64,000 nucleotides of DNA, taken from Flavobacteriales bacterium. GTDB lineage: Bacteria > Bacteroidota > Bacteroidia > Palsa-965. The stretch spans positions 32,001 through 96,000 of the forward strand of contig JBEIPA010000004.1 in NCBI GenBank assembly GCA_040377305.1. Direction: 5' to 3'. Shown here piece by piece: positions 9,916 to 20,451 of this stretch. A program made the position numbers and the translations under genes. Numbering within the stretch: position 1 is the stretch's first letter; each line of letters opens with the position of its first letter. Under the pieces are notes generated by a model. It ran no database searches. It was given only the letters and a program-made list of their open reading frames with translations, and was not told the origin of the DNA.

Positions 9916-10974
9916 ATGAAGCTATTCTCTACTCTCGCTGCAATTGCAGTTTGTTCTGTTTCGTTAACTGCTCAAGTCTTCAATGCTCCCGAAAGTGTTG
10001 AGTACGATGCTGCCAACAACCGCTGGTTCATTGGACAAAACGGATCGAATGTAATTCACACCTATTCTCCGGGATCAGGAACACTTTCTGCATTTGCTTC
10101 TGTGTCTTCCGGTCCGCACGGAATGGAGATCATGGGCAACACACTTTATGCCTGCGATGGTGGTTCAATCAAAGGTTTTGATTTAACAACTGGATCACAA
10201 GTCTTCAACTTAAGTCTCGGTGCTACATTTCTCAACGGACTAGCAACTGATGGATCTACGTATTTGTTCGCGACAGATTTCACTGCGAAGAATATTTACC
10301 GGATTTGTCCCTCGGCAAACACGTACAACATCATGACGTCGACAACCTATTCGCCCAACGGAATTTATTACGATGCAGCGAATGCACGTTGTGTGTTTGT
10401 AAACTGGGGAGCCAGTGCTCGTATTCAGGCTATGGCAATGTCCGATTCTACTATCACAACCTTATACACTTCTACGACAAGTAATATGGATGGAATTACG
10501 CGCGATGCTGCAGGTTACTGGTACGTTTCAACATGGGGCGGAAATGCATTGCGCATGTTCGATCCAACTTTTTCTGCTGCTCCAACATCTGTGATGACCG
10601 GATTGTCGAGCCCTGCTGATATTGATATCAATGCAGCTGGAGATTCAATCGGCATTCCGAATTCAGGAAATGCGAACAACGTTGTATTCTACGCTTTGTC
10701 CACAGGAATTCAGGCGCCGATTCAGAGTGCTGCAGGCGAAGCTTACCCGAATCCTGCAACCGAAAGCTCACGCATTGTAATCAAAGACAACGTGCAGAAC
10801 GCAACCTGCGAAGTGTACGATATGAACGGAAAACTCATCAGCAGCAAAAATTTCTCGGGCAACAGCTGCGAAATTGGCCGCGATAACATGGCCGAAGGAA
10901 CGTACATGGTTATTCTACGCGAAGGAGAAGTTGTGATTTTCCAAGGTGAAATTGTTTTCAAGGATATTGAATAG
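9916..10974 (+). CDS. SMP-30/gluconolactonase-like beta-propeller with T9SS type A CTD
   Basis: Signal peptide; APES/PNGI/DGI blade motifs; C-terminal YPNPA...YDMNGK...GTYMV. Confidence 0.8.
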   Translation: MKLFSTLAAIAVCSVSLTAQVFNAPESVEYDAANNRWFIGQNGSNVIHTYSPGSGTLSAFASVSSGPHGMEIMGNTLYACDGGSIKGFDLTTGSQVFNLSLGATFLNGLATDGSTYLFATDFTAKNIYRICPSANTYNIMTSTTYSPNGIYYDAANARCVFVNWGASARIQAMAMSDSTITTLYTSTTSNMDGITRDAAGYWYVSTWGGNALRMFDPTFSAAPTSVMTGLSSPADIDINAAGDSIGIPNSGNANNVVFYALSTGIQAPIQSAAGEAYPNPATESSRIVIKDNVQNATCEVYDMNGKLISSKNFSGNSCEIGRDNMAEGTYMVILREGEVVIFQGEIVFKDIE

Positions 10975-10986
10975 TATTGTATTTCT

Positions 10987-11046
10987 ACCGCCGAGACGCC
11001 AAAACGCCAAGTGAATTCAAACTTGGCGTTTTGGCGTCTTAGCGGT
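10987..11046. repeat. REP-like palindrome built from ACGCCAA units
   Basis: ACCGCCGAGACGCCAAAACGCCAAG ... CTTGGCGTTTTGGCGTCTTAGCGGT. Confidence 0.7.
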
Positions 11047-11137
11047 ACCATTTCCCAAAGTTTGTACTTAACAAATGTTGTATTTACTACTGCATATTGT
11101 GAACTAACTTTCATACGTTAATCACAAAACAGTTGGC

Positions 11138-11824
11138 ATGGAAAAGATCAAACGCAGTGCGCGCTGGTCGGGACGATTCCTTTACCGCGCTTTTGAAGTT
11201 TTTACATTGATCCTTTCCTGTTGGATTACCTGCGCCATTCTACTGCCACAGGTACACGGCTTTGGCTTCCCGCGCAAAGAAATGAAGACCGTTGAGATTT
11301 TCATTCGCTCCAATGGCGTTCACACTGATTTCGTTTTACCGGTACACAACAAACATTTCGCTTGGGATACATTCGTTGCACCATCGGTGTGCAACGCAGA
11401 TTCAACTTACCAATACGTTGCAATTGGTTGGGGCGATAAAGGTTTTTTTCTGAACACTCCCACTTGGAATGATCTCACATTCTCTACGGCGTTTGTTGCT
11501 GCAACGGGTCTCGGAGAATCTGCCATGCACGTCGACTATCTGAAAACTGCGCCGAAGCTTGGCGAGCGAGGCAAACGGTATGACATCAGTGCCCGACAAT
11601 ACGAACTGCTGATTGCTTACATCCGGAGTTCATTCACTCTCACGGAAAACAAATCCATGCTCATCGATCACGCAGGTTATGGTAAGCGCGACAAATTCTT
11701 CGAAGCTAACGGGCGCTACAGTTTATTCATGACCTGCAACGAATGGACAGGAGACGGAATGCAAGCCGCAGAAATGCCGGTAGGAATTTGGACGCCGTTA
11801 GAGTTTGGGATTATGCAGGAATAA
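11138..11824 (+). CDS. TIGR02117/DUF2459 family protein
   Basis: SNGVHTDFVLP, IGWGDKGFF and YSLFMTCNEW motifs. Confidence 0.85.
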   Translation: MEKIKRSARWSGRFLYRAFEVFTLILSCWITCAILLPQVHGFGFPRKEMKTVEIFIRSNGVHTDFVLPVHNKHFAWDTFVAPSVCNADSTYQYVAIGWGDKGFFLNTPTWNDLTFSTAFVAATGLGESAMHVDYLKTAPKLGERGKRYDISARQYELLIAYIRSSFTLTENKSMLIDHAGYGKRDKFFEANGRYSLFMTCNEWTGDGMQAAEMPVGIWTPLEFGIMQE

Positions 11825-11826
11825 TA

Positions 11827-13437
11827 TTACCGCGCAATCACCAACTTCTGTCTGCTAAACTTTTCCCCTGAAACAATTTCAATAAAATAAATTCCTGCTT
11901 CAAGATTGTTCACAGCGATCTCCGACTGATTGAAATACCTGTTCACGAGTTTTCCATCTGCCGTGTAAATCTGCACGGTGTAATTTCCAACCGGTGGAGA
12001 AGCGATAATCACTTTGTCGTTTGCCGGATTCGGATAAACAGGAATCGTTGTTTCAACGGTCTCCTCCACACTTAACACAAAGCTGCACGAAGCGTTAATG
12101 TCGGCTTGCGATAAATATCCGGAGCGATGAACGTCCTGACGAAACATGAGCCACTCCGGACATTGTCCATAACCGGCTTCGAACATAAATGCTTTACCTG
12201 TGTTTTGTGAATCGGGAGTGTATGTTCCGTATCCGCCCACTACGAAAACATCCATTCTTCCATTGTGATCGAAATCGGCAACCAGTGGACCATGATCAAC
12301 CATGAAGTAAGGCAACCCCGGAGGAAATTGACTCAACACGTTCGTTTGCCAGATCAGACCATTGTACGGTTCAACGGCTATGATGTCGCCCATGTAATAT
12401 CCGGCAACAAGATCAAGCGTGTCATTACCATTGATATCGGCAATCGCACAACTGCGGAAAGAAGAAAAGGTGGTAGGAAATGACCACTCCGTGTTTCCTG
12501 TTGCTCCATCGAGGACCCAGATGCGCTCATCAAACGTCACCCAGTCGTTGTTACACACCACAACTTCCATAGAACCATCTGCGTCAAGATCAGCAATAGA
12601 AACGGGTGCCATACAACTCATCGGCATCAAGCGGGTCCATTGTGTTGTACCGTCTGCTATGTTCAACGCGCGCACCATTCCGTTGTTGGAACCAATCACA
12701 TACTCGAGTGTAGCATCGCCATCGATGTCGGCAACTGCACCGCCGTGATACGCGTTGTACGTAGAAGAAGTATCGTTGAGATAGTTCGTCCAGATGATTC
12801 CTTCACTCGTATAATCGTATGCCCATACATAAAGTCCGGTGTTATTATAATGATTGGCAACGATGATGTCGAGCATGCCGTCGTTGTTTACATCGACAAG
12901 TGTTGGTTCCGTTTGAACGGGTCCGTTGTCTACCTGAATATTTTTATCCGTAGAGCCGTCTTCTCCATTGTAGACACGCAACTGTCCGCTGAAATTGCAG
13001 AAGAATATTTCGGCGAGACTGTCTCCATCCATATCCGCAATAGTGGGTGGAGAATCGCCTCCACCGGAAGGCATGCTCCACTGCAGCGCACCGGTTGCAC
13101 CATTGATGCAGAAGATTGTTGGATTACACGAGCCGTTGATGATCACATCGAGCGTGTCGTCGTTGTCCACGTCATAAATGATTGGAGCTACATCTCCACA
13201 ACCGCCGATGTCGTAAATCCATTTCACAGATCCGTCTTCGGCATTCAGGCAATGCGCGCGTCCGTCGTTCGTGTAGGTTGTAAAAACGATTTCATAAAAA
13301 CCATCGTTGTCCATATCCGCAGCAGCAGCCGAGCCGAAAGCAGGTGCGCCGGTGTAATATTGCCAGTTGATGGTTGGGAATTGTGCGTGAAGTGTTGCGG
13401 TAAACAGCAACACGGGTAGAAGTAAGTATTTTTTCAT
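11827..13437 (-). CDS. FG-GAP/PQQ-repeat protein with T9SS type A CTD
   Basis: Repeated ADxDxDG motifs; C-terminal VYPNPA...AGIYFI. Confidence 0.85.
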   Translation of the reverse strand: MKKYLLLPVLLFTATLHAQFPTINWQYYTGAPAFGSAAAADMDNDGFYEIVFTTYTNDGRAHCLNAEDGSVKWIYDIGGCGDVAPIIYDVDNDDTLDVIINGSCNPTIFCINGATGALQWSMPSGGGDSPPTIADMDGDSLAEIFFCNFSGQLRVYNGEDGSTDKNIQVDNGPVQTEPTLVDVNNDGMLDIIVANHYNNTGLYVWAYDYTSEGIIWTNYLNDTSSTYNAYHGGAVADIDGDATLEYVIGSNNGMVRALNIADGTTQWTRLMPMSCMAPVSIADLDADGSMEVVVCNNDWVTFDERIWVLDGATGNTEWSFPTTFSSFRSCAIADINGNDTLDLVAGYYMGDIIAVEPYNGLIWQTNVLSQFPPGLPYFMVDHGPLVADFDHNGRMDVFVVGGYGTYTPDSQNTGKAFMFEAGYGQCPEWLMFRQDVHRSGYLSQADINASCSFVLSVEETVETTIPVYPNPANDKVIIASPPVGNYTVQIYTADGKLVNRYFNQSEIAVNNLEAGIYFIEIVSGEKFSRQKLVIAR

Positions 13438-13548
13438 AGGGGTCTATCGATTCACTAAATATAGCGAATACAGACGAGCCTGAAAAAAATGTGCTATCGG
13501 ACACCTTCATTGCCCAATAGCACATTAGCATATCATTTCAATTGCTGA

Positions 13549-14211
13549 TTACTTCATTTTATCCTTAAACACCTTCTTGAACTTCTCCACCTTGGGCTTC
13601 ACTACATACTGGCAATAACTTTCGTTACCGTTCTGGTTGTAATAGTTCTGGTGATAATCTTCCGCTTTATAGAAAGTAGTAGCCGCAGATATTTCAGTTA
13701 CAATCGGAGCACCCCAGGTATTTTCCTTCGTGAGCTCGGCTTTATAGTGCTCGGCTTTTTTCTTCTGCTCGTCGTTGTGGTAATAAATCACCGAGCGGTA
13801 TTGAGTTCCGTGATCAGCGCCCTGACGATTCAATTGTGTAGGATCATGCGATTGCCAGAAGGCAGCGAGCATTTCGTCGTAGCTGATTTTCGTGGTATCA
13901 AATACAATCTGACAAACTTCTGCGTGACCGGTTGTTCCCGTACATACCTCCTTGTAAGTTGGATTTTTCACGGCACCTCCGCTGTACCCCGATGCAATAG
14001 AAATTACTCCGTCGAGTAGTTGAAACTGCGCTTCAACACACCAGAAACATCCTGCGCCGAACGTTGCTGTATCATATACTGGATTCATGATAGTCATAGA
14101 TTCTTTTTTTGTGCTGTCAGTTTTCGTGCTGTCGTCAGAACCCGTCTGCGCACACGCCGTAAATGAACCGGCGGTGAGAACTGTTGCGAATATGGAAAGC
14201 AGTTTTTTCAT
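13549..14211 (-). CDS. msrA: Peptide-methionine (S)-S-oxide reductase with lipoprotein signal
   Basis: GCFWCVE, GTTGHAE, QYRS and AEDYHQNY motifs. Confidence 0.96.
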   Translation of the reverse strand: MKKLLSIFATVLTAGSFTACAQTGSDDSTKTDSTKKESMTIMNPVYDTATFGAGCFWCVEAQFQLLDGVISIASGYSGGAVKNPTYKEVCTGTTGHAEVCQIVFDTTKISYDEMLAAFWQSHDPTQLNRQGADHGTQYRSVIYYHNDEQKKKAEHYKAELTKENTWGAPIVTEISAATTFYKAEDYHQNYYNQNGNESYCQYVVKPKVEKFKKVFKDKMK

Positions 14212-14285
14212 ACTTCAATTACGAGTAAAGTTCCGGTTTTGGTTCATGGGAAGCAACACTTTTTAACACCCGGGATGTAGATCTT

Positions 14286-14474
14286 GGAACGCGGATTTTG
14301 ATGCTTGCCTGGTGTTAGTAGCACAAATGGATTATCAGGGTGACTTGAACGTTCAGGCTTAGGATTTTATGAGATAAACTCAAGCTTATCTCATAAAATC
14401 CAATACCCGCTAAGAGTAGCTACCAAACCGATCCGAGCGGACTAGCAACCAAAGGACATCAAAATCCGCGTTCC
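14286..14474. repeat. MITE/REP-like element with 18-bp terminal inverted repeats and an inner 16-bp palindrome
   Basis: GGAACGCGGATTTTGATG (14286-14303) pairs with CATCAAAATCCGCGTTCC (14457-14474). Inner GGATTTTATGAGATAA/TTATCTCATAAAATCC at 14362-14401. Confidence 0.7.
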
Positions 14475-14550
14475 TTTTCCAGCTCTAGACGTCGTACCAT
14501 TTCGCGTTCCTTTCTAGTCTCAATCTAAAACCGGAACTTGTGCGAAGGCA

Positions 14551-16398
14551 ATGATCTTCCTCTATCTCATACTCGGCTGGTTCACGATTTTCATCGGGTA
14601 TCTGCTCTATATCCGCATTGCCGACAATTTGCGCAACGGCAGATCATTCTATGATTTCGGGAAATCAAATTTTCTGATTGCTTCCATTCTCGTTTTGGGT
14701 GTCGCATACGGAATTGCGAATCTCATCCGCTACGAACCACAGTTTACGTCGTTCGAGGATCAAATCGCATACGGTGATGCCACAAATCAACCTTGGGTGA
14801 GTAATCATGCATTGTGGATTATGGTCGATTCCAATCCGTACAACATCGACAATCATTTTCAGCTCGTGCGTAATCACTATGCACAACGCGATCCGGAACG
14901 ATCACCACCGTCCGCGGGCAATTATTACGAGGAAGAAGAAAAAATGTACCTGATGTATAATGATCTGAGCACAAGCACGGACTCTAAACTGCACGACATC
15001 GGACACATCATGCTTGCCGATATGCTGATGTCGCAATCAACTCCCGACTACAACGCTGCTTCCGATCATTTACGCGTGGTGGACGATCCCACAACGAAAT
15101 ACGTGAACTACAACGCAGCACGCGTGTTACTGTATGGCGCAGGTTCAGCGATGGCATCCGAACATCTTTATTCCGAAATCAGAAACAAAGGATATAAAAA
15201 AGGTGCGTATGAATATCTCGCGGTGTTGTACGAGCTCGAACACCGCGACAGTTCTCTGCGCACGATCATTTACTCCGGAGCAGAAGAATACATCTCGCCT
15301 GAAATACGCGCACGCATCTATTTTGAAGATCACGAGTTCGCACGTTTCTTCAAACTGAAATTCAGAACACTACTCGGCGGAATCAGCTTCTGGGGATTGT
15401 CGGGAGGAATTGCAATCCTGCTCGTGTGGTTGTACGTGCTCTCCGCATTCGGGCGTGTGAGTGAAATCCGTTTGAAACAACTACTGATTCCACTTATTGG
15501 TGGTGCAATTGCATCCGTGTTGTCGTGGTGGCTGTATGCGCAGTATCGTTACGGATTCGGATTCACGCTCAATGGAAATTTAGTCAACGATTTCATTTTC
15601 TCCGTTGCCGGAATCGGGGTGATTGAAGAGTTGGTAAAACTAATTCCTTTCCTGTTGATCCTGTGGTTTACCAACATCATCAAAAAACCAATCGACTACA
15701 TCATCGTTGCGTCTGCGTGCGGACTTGGTTTTGCGGTGTTCGAAAATCTACTTTACATCTCCGGTTACGGACTTGATGTAATTCACTCTCGCGCCCTCAC
15801 CTCATCAATCTATCACATGGCGTGCAGCGGAATCGTAGCGTACGGATTTATCCTCTGCAAATACAAATGGAAAAATCAATACTGGCTTATCCCTGCATTC
15901 TTCATCCTCGCAGCAATAGCACATGGCTTCTACGATTTCTGGTTGCTCAATGACCACGTGAAAGGATATACAATCATCACATTGTTCTTCTATCTGTCTC
16001 TTATCCTCGTTTACTATTCCTTCATCGGTAACGCGCTGAATCAAACTGTGGGAGAATCGGAACCCGAAGTCATGCAACGTTTCGATGCCGTGAGAATTAC
16101 TTCCGTATTTGCCGGTGCAATGATTCTGTTGTTCGCTTTTGAATACATTGCAACTACTGTGGTGTACGGAACGCGCTTCGGAAACTCCTCTCTGCTCAAA
16201 GCCTTTCTTGCTGGAGGCTATCTCGTGTTCTTCCTGTCAATCCGTATTTCACGTTTGCGGATAGAACCACAACGCTGGAGAAAAATTGATTTCCTCTCGG
16301 GCATTTTACCGAGTCAGATTGCTGGTGAAAAACGAGATGATGAAGACGAAGAAGTTCCTACTTCTTCACTGGACGAACATACAACGCCACGGGAATAG
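14551..16398 (+). CDS. PrsW-family intramembrane metalloprotease with a large soluble N-terminal domain
   Basis: IEELVK, GFAVFEN, HMACS and AHGFYD motifs. Confidence 0.85.
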   Translation: MIFLYLILGWFTIFIGYLLYIRIADNLRNGRSFYDFGKSNFLIASILVLGVAYGIANLIRYEPQFTSFEDQIAYGDATNQPWVSNHALWIMVDSNPYNIDNHFQLVRNHYAQRDPERSPPSAGNYYEEEEKMYLMYNDLSTSTDSKLHDIGHIMLADMLMSQSTPDYNAASDHLRVVDDPTTKYVNYNAARVLLYGAGSAMASEHLYSEIRNKGYKKGAYEYLAVLYELEHRDSSLRTIIYSGAEEYISPEIRARIYFEDHEFARFFKLKFRTLLGGISFWGLSGGIAILLVWLYVLSAFGRVSEIRLKQLLIPLIGGAIASVLSWWLYAQYRYGFGFTLNGNLVNDFIFSVAGIGVIEELVKLIPFLLILWFTNIIKKPIDYIIVASACGLGFAVFENLLYISGYGLDVIHSRALTSSIYHMACSGIVAYGFILCKYKWKNQYWLIPAFFILAAIAHGFYDFWLLNDHVKGYTIITLFFYLSLILVYYSFIGNALNQTVGESEPEVMQRFDAVRITSVFAGAMILLFAFEYIATTVVYGTRFGNSSLLKAFLAGGYLVFFLSIRISRLRIEPQRWRKIDFLSGILPSQIAGEKRDDEDEEVPTSSLDEHTTPRE

Positions 16399-17551
16399 CA
16401 ATAATACTCGCTGCTGCCGCGAGGTAACCCACGTAGTTGTAGTTGATCACCGTATGATCGGGACCTTCCGTAGTAAGTAACCCACCGAAGTACGCTGCGA
16501 GTCCTGCGGCTAGTTGTTGAACAGCCGAAGTCAGGCTCATGAATCCGCCGCGCTGATGAGGTGCTGCCGTTGCAGAGATCAATGTATTTGCAGGTACACC
16601 GCGGTTTCCTCCGAACGTAAATAAAGCTGCCGCAAGAAGAAGTATAACCGGCATTCCTGCACTTTCAATGTGTGTAATTGTTAGAATCGGAATCAGTGCA
16701 AGAACTGAAAGCACGGTAAATACTTTCAGGCTACCTACTTTATCAGAGAGCTTTCCAACCAGCCGCATCGAGAGCACAATTGCTATTCCGCCTGCGAGAT
16801 AAATAAATCCAACATACTCCTCGTTCATGTGTAGATTATGCACAGCGAAATTCGGGATGTACGGAATGATTGAAAAATGTCCGAGCATAAGTAAACCCAT
16901 CAGCAGCAATCCACGCATACGATTACCATCGGAAACAATTTCAATGAACTGCCGTAAACCGTTTCTCTTCTTCGCTTCTTCCACATGTAGATTCATTGTC
17001 GGAATAAACCGGAACATGGCAATCAGAATTGGAATTCCCATTACTGCAATTGCGATAAAAGGAACATTCCAGCTACTGTGTGCAGCAATCAGACTTCCGC
17101 TTGGAACTCCAATGATTGAAGCTGCGGCAAATCCCATGTACATCGTTGCCATTGCACGCGCACGACGCTCGAAAGGAACAGCGTCGCTAACAATACTCAG
17201 CATTGTGGAAATAATAATTCCACCAAACATCCCCGTGAAAATCCGGGCAGCCAACAGAAGTTCGAAGCTCGGAGCGAGTCCGCACGCAAGAGTTCCAAGA
17301 ATAAATGCTGTGTAGCTAACCAGCATGACTTTTCTTCGGTCGAAACGATCGATAAAGAAAGAGCCGACGAATGCAAATATGCCCGCGCTGATGTTGTAAC
17401 TCGCAACAAGTAATCCGAATGTGGCATTCGTAATCGCAAACTCTTTACAGAATAGCGTACTCAACGGCATCATGATCATAAAATCCATGACGTGGGTAAG
17501 CTGAACAAAAGCAAGGGTATATAAAAGCGCCTTCTCGCGGATCTGGTACAT
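16358..17551 (-). CDS. MFS transporter
   Basis: About 12 TM segments; DRFDRRK motif A; likely start MYQIREK. Confidence 0.9.
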   Translation of the reverse strand: MYQIREKALLYTLAFVQLTHVMDFMIMMPLSTLFCKEFAITNATFGLLVASYNISAGIFAFVGSFFIDRFDRRKVMLVSYTAFILGTLACGLAPSFELLLAARIFTGMFGGIIISTMLSIVSDAVPFERRARAMATMYMGFAAASIIGVPSGSLIAAHSSWNVPFIAIAVMGIPILIAMFRFIPTMNLHVEEAKKRNGLRQFIEIVSDGNRMRGLLLMGLLMLGHFSIIPYIPNFAVHNLHMNEEYVGFIYLAGGIAIVLSMRLVGKLSDKVGSLKVFTVLSVLALIPILTITHIESAGMPVILLLAAALFTFGGNRGVPANTLISATAAPHQRGGFMSLTSAVQQLAAGLAAYFGGLLTTEGPDHTVINYNYVGYLAAAASIIAIPVALYVRPVKK

Positions 17552-17712
17552 AATCCGTAAAAGTAGTATGCAGTTGGCTGTGCGCAGTACGCAGTGCTCG
17601 GATAGAAGGTGAATTTTGTCGAATAAAAAGTAAGTTTTCCTGATCCTACCTCCAACCGAGCACTGAGAACCGAGCACCGAGAACTGTTATATTTGAGAAA
17701 ACATCCACTGTG

Positions 17713-19515
17713 ATGCGCTATATATTACCCCTGCTATTTGCAATTACACTTCTGAGCTGCGACGACCCGGTTGCTGTTTCCGGTGACGAGCCCCGCAATC
17801 CTCTCATTGATTCTGCTGAGAAGTACAGCGCGCTCTTCCATGAAAACAAGAAGAATGATCTTCCAGGAGCTTCATTGTATGCTGCACTGACGTTATCCTT
17901 CAGCACGGAAGCCGGCTACGAACAAGGAATTGCCGATGGTAATGCCTACAGAGGTTACGTTGAATATTACCATGGCAATTATCCGGATGCGCTCGATTAT
18001 TACATGGTCGCGTTGAGCAAGTATGAAGCCATGCATGACTCTTCCGGCATTGCAAACAGTTGTTACTTCGTAGGGAAAATTCATCGCATGATGTCGAACT
18101 TCGAACAGGCGCTGGAGTACACGAATCGCGCTTACGACATTCACGCCCAAAGAAATAATCTGCCGGAATTATCTTCTGACCTGAACGGTCTCGGAAACAT
18201 TTACGCCACAATGGGTAAATACGATTCTGCACTCTCGGTTTTTCAACGACGGATCATTCTCGAAGAACAAACAGGCGATTCGGCAAGTGTTGCCAGTGCA
18301 TTGGCCGATCTGGCTGCTGCTTACACGGCGAATGGCGATGCAGAAAAAGGACTGCAATATCACCTCGCCAGTTTAAAGAAACTTGATGTTGCCATGACCG
18401 ATTCTACAGAGTGGTATCTGAAGAAATTCAAATCGGGTGTGCTCAACGATATGGCAGGCGATTATTTTCTGCTTGGCGATTACGGTGCAGCAATCAAGAC
18501 AGCTGAAGAAGCCCTTTCCCTTGCAGCTTCAGTGAACGCGAGAAAAGAAAAGCGGACCATCTATACGCGTCTCGCTGAGTTGCACGGATTGACCGGTCGT
18601 GAAGACTTACAGATGCAATACATGGAAAAATATATTGCACTGAATGATTCACTGCTCAGTGAAGAAGGACAAGCGCGTATTGCAGAAGCTGAAGTTCGTT
18701 ATGGTGTTGCCAAGAATGAAGCAGACATCGCACGCCTGGATGCAGACAAAGCAGCATTGACACTCGACAACGAAAGAGAGAAGGCAGAAAAAACCCTCAT
18801 CATCATCTGCGCTTTGGGTGGTGCTCTTCTGTTTGCAGCACTCGGCTTACTGATTTACTCGCGCAACAGAATGCGCTACAAAGAGCAACAGTTCCGCGCT
18901 ATGATTGACGGAGAAGAAGCTGAACGTCGTCGTATCGCTATGGAATTGCACGATGGACTGGGACAACTACTTTCTTCTGCACGATTAAATGTTGCAGGAC
19001 TTGAAGAATCGGTGAATAAAGAAGATGAAAGCATCCTGAAAAATTCACTTTCTCTCATTGACGAAGCGTGTACAGAAGTACGCAACGTTTCTCACAACCT
19101 CATGCCCTCTGCGCTCATCAAGCTGGGATTAGTTTCTGCCTTGCGCGAGCTCGCCGCAAAGATTTCTCAGTCGGGACAAATTGTTGTGAGTCTTTCTGCA
19201 GACCAATACACGGCAAAGATGAACAGCGCAGAAGAAACTGCATTGTACCGCATTGTTCAGGAAACGGTGAATAATGCATTGAAATATTCACGTGCGTCTA
19301 AAATCAATATTTCACTTTCCGGCTCTGAGAAAGTAATTGCAGTTGTGAGTGATTCCGGAATCGGTATGCCGAAGGAAGCTGCCGATAGCGGTTACGGCAT
19401 TGGCTGGAAAAACATTCGTTCCCGCGTAGAACTTCTGCGTGGTGAGCTCGATGTGAAGAGTGCTCCCGGAGAAGGAACTACAGTTACAATCACCATTCAA
19501 CCGAAATCGAATTAA
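17713..19515 (+). CDS. TPR-repeat sensor histidine kinase (HisKA_3)
   Basis: TPRs, a TM segment, ERRRIAMELHDGLGQ, QETVNNALKY and DSGIG. Confidence 0.92.
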   Translation: MRYILPLLFAITLLSCDDPVAVSGDEPRNPLIDSAEKYSALFHENKKNDLPGASLYAALTLSFSTEAGYEQGIADGNAYRGYVEYYHGNYPDALDYYMVALSKYEAMHDSSGIANSCYFVGKIHRMMSNFEQALEYTNRAYDIHAQRNNLPELSSDLNGLGNIYATMGKYDSALSVFQRRIILEEQTGDSASVASALADLAAAYTANGDAEKGLQYHLASLKKLDVAMTDSTEWYLKKFKSGVLNDMAGDYFLLGDYGAAIKTAEEALSLAASVNARKEKRTIYTRLAELHGLTGREDLQMQYMEKYIALNDSLLSEEGQARIAEAEVRYGVAKNEADIARLDADKAALTLDNEREKAEKTLIIICALGGALLFAALGLLIYSRNRMRYKEQQFRAMIDGEEAERRRIAMELHDGLGQLLSSARLNVAGLEESVNKEDESILKNSLSLIDEACTEVRNVSHNLMPSALIKLGLVSALRELAAKISQSGQIVVSLSADQYTAKMNSAEETALYRIVQETVNNALKYSRASKINISLSGSEKVIAVVSDSGIGMPKEAADSGYGIGWKNIRSRVELLRGELDVKSAPGEGTTVTITIQPKSN

Positions 19516-19516
19516 G

Positions 19517-20164
19517 ATGAGTGAAGAATCGGTGAAGATTGTAATTGCAGACGATCACCAGATGTTCATTGACGGGGTGAAGGTGCTGATCAGAAACGAA
19601 AAGCGTTTTGAGATCATTGGAGAAGCGTTGAACGGAGCCCAGGCACTCGAGCTTGTAGAAAAGTTATCGCCGCACATTCTCATCACCGATATCAATATGC
19701 CGGGAATGTCGGGCATTGAACTCACGAAGCTTGTCAAAGAGAAATTTCCTGAAACGAAAGTTCTTGTGCTCACGATGTACAACGATCGTGAAATCATTTC
19801 TGAAATTTTCAGCACCGACGCCGAAGGATACATTCTTAAGAATACCGGCAAGCAGGAATTGATCACCGCACTTTCCCGTCTCGCCGACGATGGCACTTTC
19901 TACAGCGCAGAAGTGATGAGTGTAATGCTCGCTCAGGCGAAAAAAGAAAAAAAGATCCGCGAGCAAACGGAAATACTTTCTCCGCGTGAAGTTGAAATCA
20001 TTCAGCTCATCACCCAGGAATTCTCAACGGCTCAAATCGCCGAAAAGCTATTCATCTCTCCAAGAACAGTCGACACGCACCGTAAGAATATCATCGCCAA
20101 GACCGGTGTACGGACTATTGTAGGGCTGATACGGTTCGCGTACGACAATGATCTTTTGAAGTAG
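19517..20164 (+). CDS. NarL/LuxR-family response regulator
   Basis: ADDH and DINMPGMSG receiver motifs; LSPRE...IAEKLFISPRTVDTHRKNI HTH. Confidence 0.95.
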   Translation: MSEESVKIVIADDHQMFIDGVKVLIRNEKRFEIIGEALNGAQALELVEKLSPHILITDINMPGMSGIELTKLVKEKFPETKVLVLTMYNDREIISEIFSTDAEGYILKNTGKQELITALSRLADDGTFYSAEVMSVMLAQAKKEKKIREQTEILSPREVEIIQLITQEFSTAQIAEKLFISPRTVDTHRKNIIAKTGVRTIVGLIRFAYDNDLLK

Positions 20165-20354
20165 GCAGGCGGCAGTTGGTCAGCTGCCAGTCATATATGA
20201 TCTTCCTTCAACGTTTTCCTCAAAGCTCTTCCACCGTGGGCTGAAGCCGCGCGGCGATCTTCGCTACTTCTTATTATGAGGACGCAAAAATGGCGAAGCC
20301 ATTTTTGATAATCCCCGTAATGGACTGCCAACTGCCCTACTGCCGCCTGCCTAC
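20161..20354. repeat. MITE-like element with heptamer-based terminal inverted repeats
   Basis: GTAGGCAGGCGGCAGT (20161-20176) pairs with ACTGCCGCCTGCCTAC (20339-20354); inner hairpin CAAAAATGGC-GAA-GCCATTTTTG. Confidence 0.65.
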
Positions 20355-20451
20355 TGATTCAATATACCTAGCGCTACGGATGCACCCCCGATTTGCCTGA
20401 AATAGCTTTGTTCTTGTCAAAACGTTCAATCTAAACCTAAACAAGAAACAA